In this document: piece after piece, positions 31,401-45,652 of the stretch
How positions within the stretch are numbered: position 1 is the first letter of the stretch
Layout: the number at the start of each line of letters is the position of its first letter
Assembly (NCBI GenBank): GCA_030704615.1
Contig: CM060733.1
Coordinates: forward strand, 28,458,001 to 28,522,000
DNA from: Takakia lepidozioides
Lineage: Eukaryota; Plantae; Bryophyta
DNA length: 64,000 bases
Reading direction: 5' to 3'
The notes under the pieces: model-generated
The model's database searches: none
Told to the model about the DNA's origin: nothing
What the model saw: only the letters and a program-made list of their open reading frames with translations
Position numbers and translations under genes: made by a program

Positions 31401-31765
31401 ATAATTTGTGAATGAAATCTCTATCGAATATAATCTGTTGGGGATGATTGCTAGCATGTACCATGGCAGATGTTCTGGTCACACATTAGTGGTGATGAAG
31501 CTGGCCGTGGGCAAAAAGAAGAGAGTCAAGGGACAAGTCTGTCGGCAAGGAAAGACGATCAGAGTAGCTTGCTGTCCATTTGTGCCAAGGCACACACTTT
31601 GTGTTTCAGAGCCTTACCACACGAGTGGCACTGAGCTTCAGAAGTCCCTAGCTAGGATTGTCTCATAGTGATGGTATAGAGAGTAGGAAAAACCAAAAAT
31701 CGCCACCACACGAGCGGCAGTTGGGTTTAGGGAACAGATAGCTGAGAAGCAGAGGGGTAAATGGA

Positions 31766-32456
31766 CATATGGATGGACCAAAAACTGCTTAACATACAGT
31801 TTCTGCAATGCCCTTCCTCCATGGTTTTACCCATATTTGTACAACAACTCAATATTTCATCTAAATTTACATGTGATAGGGTTTCTTTCTACAATAAGTA
31901 TGTATACCAACTGTTAGATTGCAAAAAATATCATGTACCAAAGAGCTATGGACTTTTAAAGTTGATTACTGTGGACTGCAAATGTTACACATAAAATCTT
32001 ATGATTAAAAAAAATCATATACACTCATATAGTGGCAAAAATGAAAACATAATAGGGGCGCCATTTCTAAAACCAACCCAAATCCACTTTTATATGGACT
32101 AGTTACCTTAGGAATTGAGAGCTATGGACTATTTTACACCTTAAAAACAAATTGTCCATAGCATATTATGTTTTGGGTTTTTGGGATGTCATCTTTTACC
32201 AAAAGGCATACAAACCTATAATCTACAATGGTCAGGTGGTATCTGGACAAGTGATTATAAATTCTAAATTTTGACGTCAGATTAAAATATCTAATAAATA
32301 ATGTCTTCAATATTTGGGGGGGACTCTTTTCTAAAAATGTTTGGTATACTACTATCTATTTTTCTAAAATTAACTAACAAAATTGGCTCAATTTGTTTTT
32401 TTTTCCATGGACTTCCATAGACTCAATATCTGTCATTTTTGGTCCACCCATTCATG
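31766..32456. mobile_element. Complete ~690-bp MITE with hAT-like termini
   Basis: TIRs catatggatggaccaaaaa and tttttggtccacccattcatg. The flanks taaatgga and caaatgcc match at 5/8 positions, a possible decayed 8-bp TSD. Many ATGGAC/GTCCAT motifs. Confidence 0.7.
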
Positions 32457-33046
32457 CAAATGCCCAGAGATGAACGAGGAGATGAGCTCCACGGCGAGAA
32501 GGAGTAGATCACAACAAAGAAATTCCCTAACATTTCAAATTTCAAAGAAGTAGTCCCTCGAAATCCGACTTTCGTGGAGAGGCTCCACATAAGCACCTAG
32601 TCACATTGCCTTCTTGTTGCTGTTCTTACAGTAGGTGAGGGTCTCAATTTATGATTCATCAACCAACCAACTTAGTCGCGATTGTTTCCATTGCCGCTCA
32701 CGTGGTAGCGCCCTCAGTCTAATGTATTGCTATATTGCACACTATGGCAGCTGACAACCAATAAAATGTAGAATAGGACAAATCATGATGCTGGGCCAAT
32801 TTACAATTTCAAAATTTGATTGTTATCTTACTAGACATTTGTGCTCTATTTGTGCTCTTCCAATGAAGGCATGGAGTAGGTATCCTCTAGAGTAACTCCT
32901 GGAAGTACAATATTAGTTAGAGCGATGTGGCTCTTAGTTTAGCCCGCTTTGGCTGGAGTCCTCTCTCTCTCTTGCATGTAGGTCATGTAGTCACAATACA
33001 AAATGTTTCCTAGATAGGGAATCCTTTCAGCAATACAGTCAGTAGA

Positions 33047-36000
33047 GTCTCAGCTATTTGTAGACAATGCCATGTAGGGCCATATACTAGAGGCCAAGCC
33101 CAGGAAATCTTGGGTGCCACTTTTGGGCTTGTCTTGTCTTGTCTTAATCCTTCCATGCTTTTAGACCTCTTACCTGGAGTACCTTGCAGCTCCTAGCTGC
33201 TGGCAGAGTAGTGTCCACTCAAAGACAGCTACCTTGGGTTAATCTCGCAAGGAGACCAACAAAACCAGAGTTTATGTAGGTGGTGGGTTCTGTGGACTGA
33301 TTCCTCCAATCGTTGAACCCATCCATTCTGTTGGGTCCTGAGATAAGTGCTCCAGTCAAAACGTTTGGATTTGCATTTGGACTGTGAAACCAGTCCACAA
33401 AACCTTCTCCACATTGAACATGGGTTGTGTCTGCATGGATGGAGACAATGGATGCGCTTCGGTGGTGAACTTGTGTAGGAGGAAGGTTGCCAAAGCCTAC
33501 CATGTAGGATATTCCCAGAGGGTTGTTTCCCAGAAGGTAATCCACCTGCCGAGCAACTGCTTGGTGAGTATAGCTTCAACATTAGCTAGCCTGGTAAGAT
33601 TTTCGTCTTAAAGAAGTTTACTTCATGGGTTGTTTGGCAGCTGCTTGGTGGTGACGTGATGGTGTTTATGCAAAGAGCTGCTAAACGTCCATGAGCAGTG
33701 TGTGAATGGAAGTCCTTTCTGACATGAAGGAGATTGGGATTATACTATGTCATTTGTGTGTCTGCTGCCAATGGTATTCCATCAAGAATTCGGCAGATAG
33801 CACACGAAACTGAGCCTCTAAGTGCCAGCAGTACAAGATGCAGAATTATTGGGGTTTTGGATGCAGTTGGTTCGATGAATACCTGGCCTTTAGCATGCGC
33901 CCAAAGATCTTGATGAGAAAACAAAACGTTGTCCTGCCCACAGCTTACTGTGCGAGTTGCTGCTTTAAGATAGTCGGCATAAGCAGCAATCAAGAAGGAT
34001 GCTCCTGTCACGTATTGGGTGTTGGAGCCTTCTCGAATATACAGCAGGCCCCCTGAATGTGGCCCACAAAGTCACTCAAGCTGTAAGTTTACCTCTATCT
34101 GGACGTCACAATTTCGAGGTAGTAATATCTGAAGAGATATGTCTCGCTACTTGATGACTGTAGAAACAATTATATATATCGTTATCAGATGCATCTCCCT
34201 CTGAAGTGCACATGAAGATTGTAACATTGCAAAGAAAACCTATAGTTTCGTGTGATGGAGGATGCACTCTCTCACCACGAAAGCACGGGAATGGCAGTCG
34301 CTTTACTGGCAATTACATATGATCTACCTAGGTATTCATGCCATCTAGGATAGTGTCAGTCCCAGGCACATTGTGTGTTCAGTGCTTTTTGAATCCAACC
34401 AGGAGATTGCCTTGCAAGCAGTATTCAAATACAGCCAGCTCATGCACCATCTCATTACTCCTACAGTAATTTGATATTTCCGCGCTGAGCACTCGGTTTG
34501 AATGAGTTGCACACCTGGAGTATAGAGACAGAAGTTTCAGAGCTGTCTTAAAGATTGTAACACACAAACGCATCTGCCTGTGCTGAAAACTGCTGCAAAG
34601 AGTTCTCTCCCCCGAAATAGAACTGCCAGAAAGCATAATTTGAAAACATCAGTCACCTGCACTAAGAAAAAGCTGCTCACAGCTTATTGAAAACTAACAT
34701 CTCCATGTCTATTGATTAACAGTTCAAGCTTAACCTTCTCAATTTGTAGAACAGGTGACAGACGATATAGATCTAGACTTGAAGACTCTAGATAAGACAG
34801 ACAGTTTCTGAGTACATTTTGGGAGCAGGCATCTGATACGCTTTCTTCCACATGGTATAACTTGATCAAGACTGGAACAGTAAGAGAGGGAGCCGACGCC
34901 AACCTTAGCGTAAGTAAGCCTCTCCCCTTGAGGGGGTACGTACTCACAGTAAAATCAATACTAGTTCTCAAATTTGTGCAGCCCGACATATAATTACGAC
35001 TGGTGCTACGATCAGTATGCTGAAGTTTCTCATCTAGAATCAGGTCAGAAGAGATTCTTACGCTGGAGAGGAGAACTTGAAGTCCAGCATTCTTGTTGTC
35101 CCAGCTGAATTCTGATACGTAGTTACTGAAGCCGCGGTTGTCAACTACGTATTGCAGATAGGTTTGAGAGTTCGAAGCCTTGTACAGCCAGGAAGCAGCC
35201 CAAAGAAGCTCATCCTGGACACAGTCACGCTCACAACCATCAGTACAGTGAAGGCGTTTTTCGCATGATGACGTATAAGGTGGACGATGGTGTCTGATCC
35301 AGTCTCGATGCGTGCCTCATTTATCTTCACTAACTCTTCCAGGAGTTGCTGAGGAATTCATGGAATGTATAGTTTTGCACATATTCCTCTATAGATCAGA
35401 CAACTTACATCATAGCCGGAATTGGAGCAGTAGAAAGGACAAGCACTCGTGTACGCGCCGCGATATTGATTTGCAAAATCAAACATCTGCACCCATGAGT
35501 TGAATTCACAAATTAATGTTGCCCATGCAGAAGACGGCTTGAACGAAAATTGTTTCAGCTGACAGTGATCAGCTCAAGTTCAAATGGTTTTCTTGTTTTA
35601 ACAGAAACCATACAGTACCCTCAGCTGACAGAATGTACTTGGTAGTCTAGGAATGCTGTACTTCATGTGGTTCACATTCCCTACAATATCCTAGCTACAG
35701 GCTTACAGTCATCGCTGTGTCAAGAAGTCTCTCAGCGTAGCTCGCATCGCTGCTCCTGAACACAATGGACGCTGCCGCCAGGGCTGCTGCAGTTTCGGCG
35801 GCAACCTCTGTACCAGGGGACGAGGCATTGATCTCGTACGTGGTACGTGGTGTATCCATGTCCTCTGAACGTTCTCAGCAAATGTGATCGGTATTGGGAT
35901 CCCCGACCTGTGCATGACAAGGAGAAGACATGTTAACTGCACTAGTCTCCATATTGACATTCCTGAAACTTTGGAAACTGTTCAGGTGGACTTGACAGGT

Positions 36001-39000
36001 GGGTATTATGATGCTGGCGACAATGTGAAATACCAGTTTCCAAAGGCATTCACTATCACCATGCTGTCTTGGAGTGCAATACACTACGAAGGACAGCTCT
36101 CGGCGGCAGGACAGCTCCAGAATACTAAGGAAACCATCCAATGGGGCACCGACTATTTCCTGAAATGTGCCACTGGCCCCACGCAGCTGTGGGTTCAGGT
36201 AAACCTTACTCTTGTTTTATTTCATTTGAGTATAGATTCGAGCTTGGATTCTAGGCTGCATACGTCCACAGAGTGTACACTTCTCGAGCTTCCTCATGGG
36301 TTTTGAAGAAGGCAATTATTGTTTGGCGTGTCACGCCGGCCACATCGCGTTCCCCAGTGAAGGCACAAAGAAGTCTAGTAGTTCCTTCATACAATTTATC
36401 GATTAAGGTGACAGATAGATCATTATTCTACGTATGAATAGTTCATGGGCTGCCTATTAGACTAAGTCTAGTCTGAAACATGCATTAACTCTTCAACTTC
36501 GACTCCAACTTCGTTCAAGTTAGTCACATGTCAGCTTTTCTTTCCTTCATTTTCTCTGATATCACATGCTCATGCCCCGTCTTACAAATTCGCACTTCAG
36601 TATTTTGTGAACTGAATGAATAATCCTGAAAAGTGAAATAGAACTAAGTTTTCAATCTGGAAGACTGAGCATACAATTTTTCATAGATTATACATTCGTC
36701 TTGCCCATTCTCTGGCATGTATAGATCCTCCATCTCCGCAGAACATGAAGATGGACGGTCTCCTAGATCTCTTTTCCCTGAAACAGAGCCTGGAATCGTT
36801 GTTTCGAATTCTGGTTCGTGATGAGGATTGTTATGACAATCGTAATGCGTACATTGGACACAGACCCATCTAAGAGGGCCGAGTCTCCCCTCCATCTCAT
36901 CCGTTGGTTTGCAGGAAGCTTTCCAGATCGTTGACCCTCGTAGAAGAGAATGGATTTGTCGAGAGCGTCACAGTAGTCGAAGGTAGCTGCCCTGATTCCC
37001 TCGAGGGCGACAACCACAGAAGACACAGTAATAGCTTGTCAAGATTTCTTGAGGATGATAGTCCAGCCATTGAATTCAGGGACTAAATGGACCGCATGCT
37101 ACTTCAACGTTAGTGGCAAGGCGCTACCAGCATAATTTTACCATTTGCAGCTTGCAACTAGCAGCGCATTTTGTTGGAGTATACTTCGACAAAGTCGGTG
37201 AATCGTGCACCTGTCTCAGCTACAGTTGTAGCAGAAATTAATAAGAGAGCCAAGTGATAGAGTCCTGCTCATCGGCCAGCAGCCACCGGATTATTCAGGG
37301 CCTCAAATGCAATTGAGCATAAGACGTTCGAGTGCTACAAGTTATCTACCAGGAAGATACATTCAATCTGCAGGCAGGAAGTACGAGTAATATATGTTCT
37401 GACTGGAAGTTTCATGAGTCAATCCAGCCAGCTGACTGATGGAAATTTTTGAACTTCCAAGTAACTGCAGTGCGGGGCTCCCAACAGAAACCAGGAAGAT
37501 ACGAGAAGAAATAAAGCCTCCGGATGTAGTGTGATTGGTGGAAGCCAAGTCCGAAAGTGCAACAGAAGGTGTGACCAAGCGAAAGAGGACCAATTCAAGC
37601 AGTCTGGGACAACGCTGAGAAAAGTACAACTTCAAGTCCTGGTAACAATGGATTTATATACAACTGAACGTCCTGATCAGTATTGTATTGAGCTAGGATG
37701 CTGTACAGACCTGCATGATACAACAGGTATATCACGGCAAAGTGGTTCCATAAATTTTCCAAGAGTTCAGTGACATATCTCCCTGTTCCTGTAACCTTCA
37801 TGGACTTTGTCTGCGGATAGGAGGAACAGGAAGTGCCTGCAGCCCACTAGAGTTAAACAAAAGTATTCATACAGGTCCCAGAACTGGCAGTCTGCAGATT
37901 GTGAGAAAGACCCATCGGATGCCACCTTTATACCAAAAGCCCACTGCTTGCATTCAGGTGTACCCGAATCACTGCTGGAAATCGCAAGGAAATAGATTGC
38001 TGGCTGCAGCCTTCACGTCCTTCCGAGAAAGACGAAGCAGCATCAGAGCGAAGCCCCTCTCGGGCCGTTACCGCTCAGCCCGTTGCCGGGCCGCTTGGGC
38101 CGGCCGGCATGAACCGCTCCCTTCGTACTTCATCCGGTAGTCTGCGACGGATACGTCGATGAGTACGGGGATGGATGGATGATATCGTAGCTCCGATTTC
38201 ATACGTCTGGCAGGACGAACGTATGAACGCCCAGGTAGTTTGCTTGCATAATAGAATTTGGATTGGAGGGGGTCGGTGGGTGGCCGTTTGGACCACCCAC
38301 TGACTTGCAGTCTATAGTTTTCATCGTTTGGTCCACCTTCCGAAAGGGAAGGGGGGGCTGGAAATGACACCATAAGTTACGCTTGCTTCGGCAGGACTTT
38401 CGACCTATCGTCTATTGGCCATGTAAGGGACTGGAGATACGGAGAAAATATAAATCCATTCTCCACAAAATACATTGCTGATTTCTTGGATGAAAAAAAA
38501 TCTATCATGTAGATGTTTCGTCCGTGGTGATGGATGAGGGTTAGTGGGGCAGCTGTTGAATTGGAGGCTGGTGCAGAGGATGACATTCATGGCCATAAGA
38601 CCTGGCATGTTTTTGTTGTGATTGTAATTAGCATTTCAATATGGAATTGAGTGACTTGCAACTTACATGGGGCTGCTCTTATTGTGGTCGAATTGGATGA
38701 GTACCTAGGTCGAAGAAGGTGATGTTGACGACCGTAAGATCCATGTTTTGTTGTGATTGTGACTAACAGCAGGATTGTAAGCCAAAAATGAGATGTAACA
38801 CATTTCAATACGGAATGAAGGACTTGCAAAGATGCAACCCCCTCCCCCCCCCCCCCAAAAAAAAATCACATCATTCTAATTTATCAAATGAGTCAAGAAT
38901 GATAATGAATTTTTTTTTTTAAAGAAAAAAGAATAGTCATGCTCGTGTGGTCATTCGCAACATAAGATTCATAGGATGCCATGGCATCTAGATGGGGCTT

Positions 39001-39281
39001 GTCCAAGTGGCATGAAAGTACCAAAGTCCGAGAGGAAACGCGTGATAGAATCGGAAATGGACGTGAGGGCGGGGGAGGTTTGGGGAATTTACGATGTTGA
39101 TTTCGGCAGCTTCTATGCACATTGAACACCTTGTTGTTCCTGAAATAGCTGACAGAAAGATTGGGCAAGAAATTCTCCCGACCCCATCTAAGATCCAAGA
39201 TCATGGCAATGTTAGGATCCACTTGGAGGGTTGTTCAGAGACAACCTAAAACCACCGTCAAACATGTTTTCATATCCTAAT
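33047..39281 (-). repeat. Right arm of the inverted segmental duplication
   Basis: Reverse complement of 19606-25930, except for the internal segment 35924-36335, which is in direct orientation. Confidence 0.95.
33219..37070 (-). pseudogene. GH9 endoglucanase pseudogene (duplicate)
   Basis: ATG at 37070. Lesions are a 1-bp deletion near 37012 (exon 1), inversion of exon 2 (35924-36335), TGG>TGA at 35875-35877 (exon 3) and a 1-bp deletion near 34522 (exon 6). Confidence 0.92.
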
Positions 39282-39292
39282 GGTGGACTATT

Positions 39293-39575
39293 GTCAAAGC
39301 AAGACTGTGCAAATTTAGGTTTTTATTCACCTGAAAGATTAGTTACATGCAATTTGGAAGGCCATGGACACCTGATAATAGCCATAAACCTACCCCAAGC
39401 ACTGAAAATCCCCAATACCGACACATTAGATCTTATTATAGTCGAGTGCGATTCGTCATGTATGTGGTTTTGAACCATGGTCGCTTGTAGTTAGACATTT
39501 TATATAGATGGATATTCTACAACAATTTTTTATCACAACCATACAACACCACTCTAGAGTGCTCTATAGTATTCT
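39293..39575 (+). repeat. Dispersed repeat, direct copy of 46178-46372 with an extra ~75-bp segment
   Basis: tttattcacctgaaaga.tagttacatgcaatttg.aaggccatggacac.tgataatagccataa occurs at both loci. Confidence 0.85.
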
Positions 39576-41869
39576 AATTCTTAGGTCCAAAACAAAATTA
39601 AAAAATATAATAATTTTTTTGAATTGGACTGCAGTGGACACCATGGTAGCTCCTAATCGATCTCGAATCAATGAGCATGCGACACTATTTGAATGTACTC
39701 ACTCACGTAACGAGTTCCTGAACAATCTAACATGTGGTTATGAAGTATAGATTTGAACTCAAGACCTCCACATTACAACATTGTTATTCTACAAATGGCC
39801 CAATGATTATGACACACGAGACACTTCTTCTCTCTAGCTATAGACCAACCAGCACGCGATTGGAAATTTATTCATAATGAGGATGATTTAATTATAGCTA
39901 TTAATACGTAATTATTAATGCCTCAAAATAAGATTGAAAATACAATATTGACTATTGCCGAAGTTAGACATGGATAACAAATATATGATAATATATGGTA
40001 GCTTCGGAAGGAGGCATAAATTATGGTATCTCTGGACCCCAAAGGGCTATTGCCTTCCAACAAGAAGGTGGACACTGTCCTAACACCAATTAGTGGATTC
40101 AACCAGGGTTGTATTGGTATTGCGGGTCTTTCCGGGTATCAATAGTTGGTACCAGTAGGTTCTTCGAGAACTACCAGTCGGGTAGGTGGTAGGTCAAAAA
40201 CCCAAGGCATAGTATGGATTAGGGTTTGGCTCCCATTTCGTATCAAGTTGCTACTAGTATTGTGCGCTTTGAAAGCGTAATATTCATATTGTAGGCACGG
40301 ATTGCTTGTTGTGCATCCTGGATACGGTCTGGCACATAAAAGAAGAGGCTGGCTACTTCAATGAGGAGATGTAGAGTAGTGACGTACATAGGATTATGAG
40401 TTGCGTGTGCTTTGATTTGCAGCTGCAGGTGTAGTATAAGTTTACATTTAGTTTACATTTTCAGAACCTGAACTATGTCATATTTCTAAATGACATGCAC
40501 ACAACAATCTTTGCCTTCCACGGCTTGCCCCTCATGTGTACAATCTTTTGTGTGATCTTCTAAAATTTGCATGTTAAGTTTGACATCTTATCTTTCATTT
40601 TGGATGGGGTTTATTTTGCATTGCCCAAAACTGGGTTCAACAATGAAATCTGTGTTCAACTTGGTACATTGTGAGTATACTTGACAGTCGTGAAAAGTAT
40701 TGATAACCGTGTTGAATATATTCAATTGATATAAAGAAAAATGAACCCATACTATTGATACTATATATTGTATATATCTAAGGGAAATGCATATACCAGT
40801 ATATTATTCGCAAATTCGTCAATCTGCAATACTTAGAATGAATGATACCAGAGTTAAAAAACAAAGCACTCCTCAAGAACCTACCATGCCTGGTATATTA
40901 AAATTTTGATACCCAAAAACACTGTATTGAATCCACAACCACAACTTCCGAGGTGGTATGTACCCACTGGGGTGGTATGTACCCACTGGGGCACAACTTG
41001 GTTGTCACAAATATGTAGCTTTAAGTGCTTAAAGATGTATTAGGGTTGTGCTTTGCTCCGCATTACTAGTTACGACTTATGGGAACAATTTCCTTTTTAA
41101 TTGGAAATATATTTTATTCAAAAACATTAGAAATGATATGAAATAATAATGCAGGCTTATGATCTGATGGTCCTTTCGCAAGGTGTAGGTGTGGATCAAT
41201 CCCTTGTCAAATCTTCCCCACCTTATCTTACGCCGGATTTCCTGTTAAATACTTTAGAATGCAAGAGATTGTCAGGCAAAGATATGCCACTTTTTTCAAA
41301 AGTAATAGTCGGCAGGCAAAGCTAATCAAAATACAAAACAAAACTACTCAAAGTGGTTTGTTGGAAGGGTAGTTGAAAGGGCATCATGCCCATGGACATT
41401 ACGTAAGACACAAAGGGCGTAAGTGGGGTTTGACTGATGCTATCAAAAATGGCTGACTAGTGCAAAAGAAGATACCAGAAACAATTCTCTCCAGGCCTAT
41501 TAGTAAGGTGATGATAATGGAGGCAATGAGATGGAAGGTTTGATTCTTGATAGGTGGTAGTATCACCCTTGGCTTCTATGGTTCATGTCATGCCCTTGTA
41601 TTGTCTAACTCCTCTTAGTCCATTTTAAACTTAACCAAAATTTGACTTCGTCAAATTTCGAGACCAAGTGTGAGTTACATTGAGGGGAATTATACTCCCC
41701 GCCATGTAATCCCAACTGGAGTTTATACTCCCTCTCTGTAACCGGTCCCAATATGGATGTGGCTTGATTTTATTGCAAGTGTGTGAGCTGACAGGTACAG
41801 CCCGCGAGGTACAGCCGGGGAACCCCCACTCCGGCAAGCCTCGTCGGCGAGCTCGACGCCCCATGTCAA

Positions 41870-43065
41870 ATCATCCCCACCCCCCTCTGACCCCTCCGCC
41901 CATTGCCCTGCCCCCGCCCGACCGCCCGCTGCTCCCCGTGCCCCCCTCAACCCCCCCACGTCCGCCCGCCCGCCCCCGCCCGGGACCCCTAACCCCTGCC
42001 CCACCGCTGGCCACGCAGCACCTCACAACACCCCCCCCGATCTCCAGCCACGTGGCAGCCCCCCACTGTGGATCCCCTCACTCGGTTGATCCGCCGTCCA
42101 GTGCCGGAGTGATCCCCACCCCATCTCCAGCCACGTGGCGCTCCCTCGAACCATTGATCCCCTCCCCATCCATCCAACCTCAATTAAATGGATGATGTCG
42201 GTCATCCGCCCCTCACCACCCCCCCCCCCTCCCAATCCTCCCGCAGAGGGGATGTATGATGGCCGGATGAAGGCCCCATGACCCATGACGCGTCCATCGC
42301 CACGTGCGCCGCCCCCCCCCCCCCCCCCCCCCCGGCCGTCGATCCCCTATTCCCATCCACGGCGCGCTCCCCCGAGATGTCGCCGCTCCCCCGACGTGTC
42401 TTGATCCCCCTTCCGGACCGGGAGTGATCCCCAACCCTAATCACCCGCCACGTGCGGCTCCCCTGAACCGTCGATCCCCTCCGCATCCATCCAACCTCAC
42501 AAACAATGGATGATGTGGGTCATCGGCCCCTCACCACCCCCCCCCCCCCCGCCATCCTCCCGCGCAGGGGACGGATGACGGCCGGATGAAGGGCCAATGA
42601 TAGTGACAGACCACGTGCCGCTCCACCCGCCATCGATCACCTATTCCCATCGACGGCCCGATCCCCCGAGACATCGCCGCTCCCCTGACGTGCCTTGATC
42701 CCCCTTCTGGACCGGGAGTGATCCCCCAACCCTAATCGCGTGCCACGTGCCGCTCCCCCAAACCGTCGATCCCCTGCGCATCCATCCAACCTCACAAACA
42801 ATGGATGTTGTGTGTCATCTGCCCCTCATCCCCCCGCCATTCTCCCGTGGAGGGGATGGGATGAAGGGCCGATGACACTGACGGGCCACGTGCCGCTCCC
42901 CCGGCCGTCGATCCCCTCTTCCCATCGACGGACCGATCCCCCGAGACGTCCCCCCCCCCCCGGTTGATCCCCCGTCCAATGCGGTGACTGATCCCCTCCA
43001 CCCATCGGCCGGTACGTGGCGCTCCCCCCGCCGCCGATCCCATCGTCCCATCCACGGCGCTTTCT
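41870..43065. repeat. GC-rich, C-skewed ~300-bp tandem repeat (~3.5 units)
   Basis: catccatccaacctca.a.a.aatggat recurs near 42168, 42485 and 42779. Repeated gatcccc and cacgtg motifs and long C-runs. Confidence 0.85.
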
Positions 43066-43069
43066 CCTA

Positions 43070-45120
43070 AGGCGAGACCCAAGTGCAACCTCAGTGTAGC
43101 ATTTGTCATTGGCCCATGTGTGTAGAATTCAAATCTAAAATCAAATGCAATTTCCTATGTATCCAAGTGCGTCTCCTATGTCGAGGCCCAAATGCAACCT
43201 CTAGGGTAGCCTGTGCCGTTGGCCCAAGTGTCATCTAAGCCCAAGTGTAAGATCTTCTATGTATCCCAGTGCGTCTACCAAGTGCGACCTCTAGTGTAGC
43301 CTATGCCATTGACCCATGATTGAAAAATTGAAATCTAAGACCAAAAGCAATTTCCTATATATCCACGTGGGTCTCCTATGTCGAGGCCCATCTAAGCCCA
43401 AGTGCAATCTTCTATGTATCCAAGTGCATCTCCCATGTAGAGACCCAAGTGTCCACTGTCATCTAAGCCCAAGTGCGATATCCTATGTATCCAAGTGCAT
43501 CTCCCATATGTGTCTCCTATGTCGAGGCCCATCTAAGCCCAATGTGCAATCTCCTATGTATCCAAGTACGTCTCCGATGTCAAGGCCCCATTTATTTTTT
43601 TTCATGAATTTATTGAGTAGTAATATCCAATCATTATTGATATATCTCCCGTCTCTACAATAGCCTGTGTCTCTAGGGTAGCCTGCGCCTTTTGGCCCAA
43701 GTGTCCAAGGTCAGGTAAGCCCAAGTGCAATCTCCTATGCATTCAAGTGCGTCTCCTATGTCTAGGGCCAAGTATGATCTCCAAGGTAGCCTATGCCGTT
43801 GGCCCAAGTGTCCAATGTCATCTATGTCATCTAAGTCATCCAAGTCTAATCATTTTTTTTCCAATGTCATCTAAGTAAGTTTTTTTCAAGAGAGTCTACG
43901 ACCAGATTTGAACCAGAGACCTTTCCTTTTATCTCTCCCGTCGAGGCTCCAACCATTGTCCCAGGAATGCCCAATTTGCCCATGAGACCAAGCCGGTGCA
44001 CCCCTCCTCCTCGAGGGCTTTCCAACGGCACCAAGCACCAGCGCCGGGCCCGCGGTTTGGGAGATCTCAACGACGCTACAAATAAAACAAAACAAAACAA
44101 AACAAATGTCTCGCTTCATATATTGATAGGGTAGTGTGTGCCGTTGGCCCAAATGTCCAATGTCATCTAAGTCCAAGTGCAATCCTCTTTGGATCCAAGT
44201 ACGTCTCCTATGTCGAGGCCCAAATGCGACCTCTAGGGTAGCATGTGCCGTGGGCCCAAGTGTCAGGTGTCATCTAAGTCCAAGTGTAAGATCTTCTATG
44301 TATCCCAGTGCGTCTCCTATGTCGAGGCCCATTTGCAACCTCTAAGATAGCCTGTCCCCTATGTATCTAGAGACCCTCATGTTTGGGAGATTTAGGCCTA
44401 GGTTAGCATGCGCCATTGGCCCATGTGTTAAGAATTGAAATCTAAGTCCAAGTGCAATCCCCTATGTATTCAAGTAGCGTCTCCTATGTCAAAGTCCATG
44501 TGAGAAGAATTGAAACCTAAGCCCAATTTCTTATGTATTCAAGTGGCCGGTCTCCTATGTCGAGGCCCAAATTCGACCTCTAGTGTAGCCTATGCCGTTG
44601 GCCCATGTGTGAAGAATTGAAATCTAAGCCCAAGTGCAATCTTCTATTCATGTATCCAAGTGCATCTCCCATGTACAGGCCCAAGTGTCCAAATGCAATC
44701 CCCTATGTATCAAAAGTGAGTCTCCTATGTCGAGGCCCAAATGCAACCTCTAGGGTAGCTTGTGCCGTTGGCCCAAGTGTCCAGTGTGTCCAGTGTCATC
44801 TAAGTCAAGTGCAATCCCCTATGTATCTATAGACCATCCTGTTTGGGAGATCTAGGCCTAGGGTAGCCTGCGCCATTGGCCCATGGGTTAAGAATGAAAC
44901 CTAAGTCCAAGTGCAATCCCCTATGTACTCAAGTAGCGTCTCCTATGTCAAGGCCCATGTGTGAAGAATTGAAATCAAAGCCCCAAGTGCAATTTCTTTA
45001 TGTATCCAAAGTGGGTCTCATATATCGAGGCCCAAGTGCAATCCTCTATTCAAGTATCCAAGTGCATCTCTCGTGTACAAGCCCAAGTGTCCAATGTCAT
45101 CTAAGTCCAAGTGCAATCCC
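43070..45120 (+). repeat. ~100-bp satellite built on GCCCAAGTG motifs
   Basis: Recurrent tctcctatgtcgaggcccaaatgcaacctctagggtagcctgtgccgttggcccaagtgtc..atctaagcccaagtgcaatc, with irregular deletions. Confidence 0.9.
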
Positions 45121-45652
45121 GTATCTGATCATTTTTTTTTTTTCCAGAGAGCCTACAACTAGATTTGAACCGACCTTTCCCTTGATATCTCTCCCAACGA
45201 GGCTCCAACCATTGTCCCAGGAATGCCCACTTTGCCATTTTTGCTCTTTTTTGTGAATTTCCAGCGACCAAAAGTACTTAGAATTCGACATCTCCCACAC
45301 CGCATGTCCAAAAATCATGAGACCAAGCCCGTGCACTCCTCCTCATCAAGGGCTTTCCAACGGTACCAAGCACTAGCGCCGGGACCTCGCGGTTCGGGAC
45401 ATCTCATCGTGACAAAACAAAACAAAACAAATCGTCTTAATTCATAGATTGATGTAGAGGGATTTCAAGAAATGAAGGGGTCCAAAAAAAGAAGGCAAGA
45501 AGGTGATACCTATTAAATAGGGGATGGCTCAGGCCAATTCGGGTAGTTAGGGTACATGTGTCAAGTGGTGGGAATAGGCCTGATTAGGGTTTGACAAGTG
45601 TCCCACCTTTCTAGGAGGGTCCCACCGTTTTGGAAGGGTCCCACCGGCCTTA

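Larger units (their letters stand above)
41790..45452 (-). mobile_element. Helitron-like non-autonomous element carrying tandem repeats
   Basis: A|TC-type 5' termini on the minus strand at 45452 (ATCAATCTATGAA) and 44126 (ATCAATATATGAA), each heading a ~270-330-bp module. GC hairpins lie at 41800-41835, but there is no clean CTRR. Confidence 0.4.

Noticed and set aside
35884-36306. A third, plus-strand GH9 gene
   Set aside because: It is only the inverted exon 2 of the pseudogene, and the flanking exons are on the minus strand.
41631-43109. Pro/Gly-rich ORFs as extensin-like genes
   Set aside because: They arise from a GC-rich tandem repeat that is open in several frames on both strands.
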